Positions 57,178 to 64,000 of a stretch of DNA of 64,000 nt are shown here, one piece after another; the first letter of the stretch is position 1; the number at the start of each line of letters is the position of its first letter. Source of the stretch: Candidatus Krumholzibacteriia bacterium (lineage in GTDB: Bacteria > Krumholzibacteriota > Krumholzibacteriia > Krumholzibacteriales > Krumholzibacteriaceae); NCBI GenBank assembly GCA_963836185.1, contig CAWIIQ010000003.1, positions 416,001-480,000 of the forward strand, in the 5' to 3' direction. Both the position numbers and the translations under genes were made by a program. The notes under the pieces were generated by a model. It had not been told where the DNA came from. It saw nothing but the letters and a program-made list of their open reading frames with translations, and searched no databases.

Positions 57178-58418
57178 CTATTCCGCTGGTACTCCGTGTC
57201 CGTAGATCAGGATCGCGTTCTCATCGATCAGGGCCCATCCGCCGTTTATGATGTCGAACTCCTCGCATCCTGACGGCATCGGGTTGATCCGGATTATCAC
57301 GGCCCCCTTGATCATGCTTCCCGCGTTGTGGTCCTTGAAATCGTCGAAATCCCACTCGAGCAGGGTGCATCCGGTGTTGTCCTGGTTCTTGCCCCTGTCG
57401 GGAGTGTTGTATTCATCGGTGGCCGAGCCGGGGGGGATGATATTTCTCAAGCGGGCCCTCCCCGTTGATCCTGCCTGTGACAGGATCTAGGTACGACGCT
57501 TCGAGGGGGGCGCCGTCGCGCTCCCAGGCGAGTATGTGCCACTGCTCGTGACCGGTCTCGGCGCCGATCCAGTCCCCGTTACCGAGGCCGTATGTTTCGG
57601 GGGGATACTCGACAAAGGCGCAGTCGGTGCCGAGGGCATCTGCGTCGAACCCTGCCCAGAACCGGTGATCGGGATACTCCTGCGTGATCTGCTCTATCGT
57701 GAACGAGCGGGCATATCCGTCGGGAGCGAGGATATCGACGCTCGTCGCGCCGGTCAGGTCGACCCCGACTTCTGAAAGCAGGTCGACGATCTTGACCCCG
57801 GTATATGTCGCGTAATAGTCGTACTGCTGCTTCGTCGTGTTTGCCAGCCCGAACTGCGTATGGGATAGGCATCTCGAGCAGATCGGCCATCGTAACCTTT
57901 ACCGTCGCGCAGAGCTCCAGGCCGGGATAGCTTCCCGCGTCACCGGGGTATCTCAGGTCGTCTATCTCTTCATCATTGTCGAAGCCGTCTCCATCACTGT
58001 CCAGGCCATCGATCGCCGCCAGCGCCGCGCCGTCCCTGCCGGCATCGTCATAAGCTGTTCCGTAGGGATTCAGGGTCTCGGCGAAGCTCGTCGGCAGGCC
58101 TGTCCATCCAGCCGGCGGATGTATCACGAAGTGGCAGTAATCGCAGGGATTCGCCGTGACGGGGCCCCTGTCGCTTGTGACCTCGCCTCCTTTGTGGCAG
58201 GTCTGGCAGTCATCGAGGCGTGTTCCCACCGTGTGGGGGTTGGCCTTGACGAAGTTGTTGATGTCGGTGTCCGAGGCGTGCCCCTGGTATGACCGCGAGG
58301 ACCTGATCTCATCGGGAGCGAGAGGGTCGTCATCGGAACAGTTGATAAGAAGCCCCATGGCCAGTGCCAGGAGGGGCAGGATGATAAACTGTGATCGAAA
58401 GCGCTGCGGGACCCTCAT
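57178..58418 (-). CDS. GEGP-motif diheme cytochrome c lipoprotein; two frameshifts (~57866, ~57450)
   Basis: Lipobox LINC; CQTCH, CDYCH, LNPYG, DSDGDG; middle frame YTGVKIVDLL..APDGY..LAWERDG..GRINGEGP; last frame LRNIIPP..PDRG. Confidence 0.8.
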
Positions 58419-58665
58419 CGATACCTTCCTTTGGGACAGAGCGATATGCACAAAAACGCATAACGGTAATAAAAAGTAATCCGGCTCGTGTTCGCCGGTC
58501 TTCTCCGGGCAGTTCCCGAAGCGAAAGATTACCTTTCGGGCCGGTCCGAATCAAGGACAAAGTGGCTTGTAAATATTCTTGTTTGTTGAATATCCACCGG
58601 AAGAGGTGTATAATAGTCTGAAATCACTTGCTTACTTCACTGGTCTGAAACATCGGAGGACTGAG

Positions 58666-59715
58666 ATGAAAAGAATGACGATCCTTGCCGCCGCGCTGAT
58701 CATACCGGCGGCGCTTCTGTTTTATGGAGGCTGCAGTAACGACGACAGCCCTGTCGCTGGCGACGCTTCAATGAGTTTCGCAAGCTTCGAGAGCATGGAC
58801 TACGGTCCGGACACATTGACGATATACAGCGGTATGGATACGTGCGGCGGCGTCGATGAAGAGATCACGGTGACCGTTCCGCCTCTCGAGGCGATATGGC
58901 CGGCCCTGGTGGGCGGCGGCGGACTGGCGCCGGATTGTTCCTGCGACGTGACTGGCGACAGGCTTCCCAATTCAATGCCCGTCACTACGCATGACATGAC
59001 AGACTCGCTCGGCATATTCGAGACGACGTTCATGCTTCCCGACGGGATCTCCGGCATCTCGATGGATCTCAAGGTCATCGCCGATGACGGCGCTGAGATC
59101 TACCTCAACGACACACACATCGGTACGGCCAGCATTAACGGCGGAGTATGGGAGAGGACGGTCCCGGTCGATTCTCTCTTCAACTATATCCCGGACACAT
59201 GCCCTGCGGGCGGCGAACCGTGCAGCACAATCTCGAAGATCAATACTCTGAGATTCGAGCTGGTCAACACCGGTACCGGCGATTTCGGTGAACCGGTCGC
59301 GCGAGCCGATACGGCGGACTGCATGTATGTCCAGTTCGAGGCCGAGATCACATGGATGGCGGCTCCGGATGTCACGATCGACATCAAGCCGGGAAGCGAC
59401 AGGAATCCGGTTAACTGCAACGGCAAGGGGAACGGGGTCATCCCGGTCGCGATCCTGACGACCGACGGATTTGACGCACAGGCCGTCGACTGTATGACGG
59501 TGAGGTTCGGCCCTCTCGGCGCGTACGAGACCCACGGCAAGTGCCATCTCAGCGATGTCGATGATGACGGTGACCTCGACATGATGCTCCACTTCCGCAG
59601 GAACGAGACGGGAGTCGCGTGCGGCGACACGATGATGACCCTGTGGGGCATGACACTCGACGGGTTCGAGTTCGAGGCCTGGGATCATATACGATACCGT
59701 GCGACGCGACGATGA
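58666..59715 (+). CDS. Hypothetical lipoprotein with jelly-roll domain and DIKPGS..PVAIL..DVDDDGDLD C-terminal domain
   Basis: GGAGG RBS, lipobox YGGC, ADDGAEIYLN. Confidence 0.75.
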   Translation: MKRMTILAAALIIPAALLFYGGCSNDDSPVAGDASMSFASFESMDYGPDTLTIYSGMDTCGGVDEEITVTVPPLEAIWPALVGGGGLAPDCSCDVTGDRLPNSMPVTTHDMTDSLGIFETTFMLPDGISGISMDLKVIADDGAEIYLNDTHIGTASINGGVWERTVPVDSLFNYIPDTCPAGGEPCSTISKINTLRFELVNTGTGDFGEPVARADTADCMYVQFEAEITWMAAPDVTIDIKPGSDRNPVNCNGKGNGVIPVAILTTDGFDAQAVDCMTVRFGPLGAYETHGKCHLSDVDDDGDLDMMLHFRRNETGVACGDTMMTLWGMTLDGFEFEAWDHIRYRATRR

Positions 59716-59767
59716 CGATATGACGACTGACAGGTAACCGCCGCCCCTGTTCACCGATTGCGGCGAT

Positions 59768-59810
59768 GCCCCGGTATCCGGCCCTGCGGCCGGGCACCGG
59801 GGCTTTTTTT
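59768..59810 (+). terminator. Rho-independent terminator
   Basis: GCCCCGGT...ACCGGGGC long stem followed by T7. Confidence 0.9.
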
Positions 59811-60027
59811 GTCTTTCGCGGGAACAATACTCCTGGATCCCGGTATAAGTCTCCTGTAGGACAGGCAGAGCGCCGCAAAACGGCATTTTGGGGTTGAAAC
59901 GCAACGCCGGGGGCCGTTAGAATTCTGCACCTGTTTATGAAACGGCAGAAACAGGGGCGCCCGCACCGCCGGACGCCTCTTTGCGACAGCGGAACCTATA
60001 ATCAAACAAAAAGGAAAGGAGCCGTGC

Positions 60028-60967
60028 ATGATCGAGATTTCAGGACTGACGAGATACTACGGCGACCTTTGCGCCCTCGATCATATCAGCCTGACGATCG
60101 AGAGAGGAAAGATCCTCGGGCTGCTCGGGCCGAACGGGGCCGGAAAGACGACCGCGATGCGGATTCTTACCGGCTTTCTCGCACCGACTGAGGGCACGGT
60201 CACCGTGAAGGGGCATTCGATCGACAGCGAGATGCTCGAGATCAAGAAACTGATCGGGTATCTTCCCGAGTCTGCCCCTGTATACCAGGACATGCTCGTC
60301 TACGACTATCTCCAGTACGTCGCCGATATCCGCGAGATGCCGGCGGGAGAGCCGGGAAGACAGGATAAGGGAGATCGCCGCGATATGCGGCCTCGAGAGC
60401 GTGATGCACAGGTCGATCCACGAGCTTTCAAAAGGGTACAAGCAGCGGGTCGGGCTTGCTCACGCGATGATGAGCGATCCGGAGATCCTTATCCTCGATG
60501 AGCCCACTACAGGCCTCGACCCGAACCAGATCGTCGAGATCCGTGACATCATAAAGAAGATAGGCCGTGAGAAGACGGTCATCCTCTCGACTCACATCCT
60601 CAGCGAGGTCGAGGCGACCTGCGACCGGGTCGTCATCATCAACCAGGGGAGGATCGTCGCTGACGGCTCGACCGAGGAGATCAGGCGCACGACGGCGGAG
60701 GATTACTCGATAAGCCTCCTGCTCAAGGGCGCTCCGGAAAGCGAAGCGATGCAGCTCTTCGAGGGCGTCGAGGGTGTCGCCTCTGTAGACGCGAGCGGGG
60801 AGGGCGGCATGACGCGCCTGCGCCTCTCCTGCATGACGGGCGATGACCTTCGCGAGCAGGTCTATTCGCGGGTCAAGACGAAGGACTGGGCGCTTCTCGA
60901 GCTTACGCGGGAAGCGAAGAGCTTCGAGAGCATCTTCAGTGAACTGACACAGGAAAAGGAGGGTTGA
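60028..60967 (+). CDS. ABC transporter ATPase (GldA-like); frameshift near 60351
   Basis: GPNGAGKT in the first frame; LSKGYKQR, LILDEPT and STH in the second. Confidence 0.9.
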
Positions 60968-60968
60968 G

Positions 60969-61683
60969 ATGACGGCCGCGGCAAATACAATGCATATATT
61001 CAGGCGGGAGTTCAGGCACTACTTCGTGTACTCCGATCGCCTACATCGTGATAGCGATATTCCTCGTGCTGACAGGCTGGTTCTTCTTTTCGACCTTCTT
61101 CCTGTACAGCCAGGCGGAGCTGAGGAATTTCTTCTCTCTTCTTCCGTTGATATTCTCGTTCATCATTCCGACGATCACGATGAGGCTCTTCTCCGAGGAG
61201 TACAATGTCGGCTCGTACGAGATACTCGTCACGATGCCGGTGACCGATCGCGATATCATCCTCGGCAAGTTCTTCGCCGCGCTGGCTTTCATCGCGGTGA
61301 TGCTCCTGCCGACGCTCAGCTACGCGATCTCGGTCTCCTTCCTCGGCGATCTCGACTGGGGGCCGGTCATCGGAGGATATGTCGGGGCGCTCCTGCTCGG
61401 AGCGGCCTTCTGCGCCGTCGGGCTCTTCGCCTCGGCGCTGACGAAGAACCAGATCATCGCCTTCATCATCGGGATGATCATCTGCTTCGCCCTGACGATG
61501 GTCGACAAGATACTCTTTTTCCTCCCCGAGTCGATGCTCGGATTCTTCCAGTTTATCGGGGCGGACTATCATTTCGAGAACGTGGCGAGGGGAATACTCG
61601 ACACGAGAGACATCCTTTACTTTGTGAGCGTCGTATTCGTGGCGCTCTACGGAACATTCCTGGTGCTCCAGGAAAAGAAATAG
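60969..61683 (+). CDS. ABC-2 permease (GldF-like); frameshift near 61028
   Basis: IFRREFRHYF then TPIAYIV in the next frame; TMRLFSEE, ILGKF, TKNQIIAF. Confidence 0.88.
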
Positions 61684-61695
61684 GAAGGGGGAGAG

Positions 61696-63898
61696 ATGAA
61701 CAGGCAGATGAGAATGGGCAAGTATTACAGATTCCTCGTTTACCTTGTGGTCGTCATCCTGGTCAATGTCGCCGGGCAGACCCTCTTCCTCAGGGCCGAC
61801 CTCACATCAAACGGGATCTATTCGCTGTCAAAGGCGAGCAGTGAAGCGGTCGGGAACCTCTCCGAGCCGCTGACGATCAATGTGTTCTTCACGAGGAACC
61901 TGCCCGCTCCGCACAATAACACGGAGCGGTACCTGAGGGACCTTCTCGAGGAATACTCGGTCAAATCGAACAGGTACTTCAACTACCGGTTCTACGATGT
62001 CAGCCCGGAGGAGGGTGACATCGGCGAGGACGAGAAGCACAACCAGCAGCTCGCCCGCGATTTCGGGATCCAGCCCGGTGCAGATACAGGACGTCGAGCA
62101 GGACGAGGTGAAGTTCAAGAGGGCCTACATGGGCATGGTCTTCATACACGGCGATGTCGTCGACAAGATCCCCGCGATCACCTACGACAGACGGGCTCGA
62201 GTATACGATCACTTCGAAGATCGAGAAGATGAACAACAAGATCAGCGCTCTTGTGGGGATGCAGGAACCGGTCGAGATCAAGCTTATGTTCTCGCCCGCG
62301 CTGATCGAGATCGCGCCGCAGATACGGATGGAAGGGCTCGGGGAGATGCCTGTCCCGCATAGAGGAGATAGTGACGGAGCTCGGCGGGAAGTATTACGGC
62401 AAGCTCCGAGTTCTCCGTGACCGACCCGACGGCCGACGCGGCAACAGAAGGCGAAAACAGCAAGTACAACATCGTCACCCTGAGGTGGCGCGAGAGCACC
62501 GACGCGAGCGGCGCGGTAGTGACGCCCGCCGGACGCGGGGCCGCATCGATCGTCGTCGTGAAGGGCGAGAATTTCAGGACGCTGCCGCTGATCGAGGTCT
62601 TCAACGTACCTCTCTTCGGTACGCAGTACAAGCTGGCCGACATGAACACGCTCGGCGAGCGGATCGGCGAGGCTATAGACGACGTGATCGATATCAACAA
62701 GAAGATCGGCTACCTGGCGAGCCACGGCACCGCTCCGCTGAGGGGCGCGCAGCCGATGCCCGGTCAGCCGCAGCCGCCTGCGACGGGGCTGACCAATTTC
62801 AACAGCCTGATCTCGCAGAACTATTCGATCAGCGAGATCACGCTCGACGACGGTATCCCCGACGGGATCGACTGCCTCATTATGGCCGGCCCGAAGGAGA
62901 CGCTCAGCGACTACGAGCTCTTTCAGATCGACCAGTTCCTGATGAAAGGCAAATCTCTGGCGATCTTCTACGATGCCTTCAACGAGATGAACATGCCTCA
63001 GAACCAGATGGGACGTCAGCAGGGGCCCGTCTTCCTGCCGGTCAGCACCGGCCTGGAGACGATGCTCGATCATTACGGCGTGTCGATAAAGCCGTCCTAT
63101 GTGCTCGACAAAAGCTGCTTTGAGCAGCAGATGCCCCAGCAGTACGGCGGCGGCAAGCAGGCGATATACTTCGCTCCGATAATCAAGCAGGAGAAGATAA
63201 ACGACGGTCTCGATTTTATGAAGTATGTCAAATCGCTGATCATGCTCAAGGTATCCCCTGTCGAGTTGAAGGAGATCGCGCTCTCAGGCGCCGGGCTGTC
63301 GGCCGACGTTCTCTTTTCCTCGTCCGATGAATCGTGGGAGATGAGCGGACGCATTGACCTCAGTCCGTGGGCGATGCAGCCCCCGGAGGATCCGGCGGAG
63401 ATGGAGAGCTATGACATCGCGGCGCTGATAACGGGTGAGTTCCCCAGTTATTTCGCGGGAAAACCGGTTCCGGAGAAGCCGGCTCCTGAGTCCGGGGAGG
63501 CTGATTCGATCGCTGCGGCCGGCGCATCGGCGGAGCAGGGAACGGATCTCGTAACAGGCGATGGCGCCGTGATCGAGAAGGGAAGGCCGGGGAAGGTCTT
63601 TATCATCACCAGCTCGGAGATCCTCGGGAACAATATCCTCGACGAGGGGGGAGCCTCGACCCAGGCGACCTTTATCCTGAACGTCCTGGATCATCTCAAC
63701 GGACGGGACGCCTACGCCGATATGCGGGGGAAGACGCAGCGCTTCAATCCCCTCGGTGATACAGGCGCCGGCACCAGGACTTTCGTCAAGACTCTCAATA
63801 TAGCCGGGCTGCCCGTACTCGTCGTGGCGCTCGGGATCGTTGTATGGGCGAGGCGCTCGAACAGGAAGCGCCGCATCCAGGCGATGTTCGCCAGGTAG
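61696..63898 (+). CDS. GldG-like ABC auxiliary protein; about four frameshifts (~62075, ~62183, ~62355, ~62406)
   Basis: RADLT.NGIYSLS, DLLEEY, AYMG, LEYTITSKI, IDQFLMKG, LNVLDHL, C-terminal TM. Confidence 0.85.
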
Positions 63899-63919
63899 AG
63901 CAGGCTGGAGGAAATAGCA

Positions 63920-64000
63920 ATGAAGAAGGAATACATTTTGCTCGCGGTAGCCATCGTGGCCCTCGGCCTCTATCTCTTGTTGCGCAACACCGACAAGACT
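63920..64000 (+). CDS. Partial CDS, probably a DUF4340 protein (by position after the GldG-like gene)
   Basis: GGAGG RBS; MKKEYILLAVAIVALGLYLLL N-terminal TM; cut off by the window end. Confidence 0.5.
   Translation, partial: MKKEYILLAVAIVALGLYLLLRNTDKT

Noticed and set aside
60028-63898. Gliding motility locus
   Set aside because: GldAFG-like ABC systems are widespread in non-gliding bacteria, and no gldK-N or spr genes are in the window.

Overview
A 64 kb GC-rich bacterial chromosomal segment, probably from an FCB-group candidate lineage such as Krumholzibacteriota/Latescibacterota. That placement is inferred from FlgD-Ig 'QNxPNPFNP...KMxLLR' tails, 'SSWGxIKxxY' tails and kinase-TolB-TPR paralogs. 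The window opens with ssb and tRNA-Lys(CTT). A 23-bp copy of the tRNA 3' end at 21170-21192 delimits a ~20.5 kb genomic island with no integrase. The island carries an exported amidohydrolase / serine hydrolase / atypical class A beta-lactamase / DcaP porin / barrel cluster, a MITE-like element, an IS481 relic, an AbiE toxin-antitoxin pair with a broken toxin, a 3058-aa cyclic beta-1,2-glucan synthase with a long structured leader, and a subtilase. Beyond the island are many secreted and lipoproteins, including a MABP-like + Vps62-like pair and a paralog pair in which one gene has an in-frame TGA before its C-terminal motif. Also present: a pentameric ligand-gated ion channel, a transglutaminase pair, a kinase / acyl-CoA ligase / reductase operon, a BcsA-like synthase with two PilZ domains plus a GT-C enzyme and a small barrel, rsgA, a GEGP diheme lipoprotein with a porin, and a GldAFG-like ABC system. 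Single-base frameshifts become frequent toward the right end and are probably sequencing errors. All family calls come from motif recognition by eye; no database searches were run.
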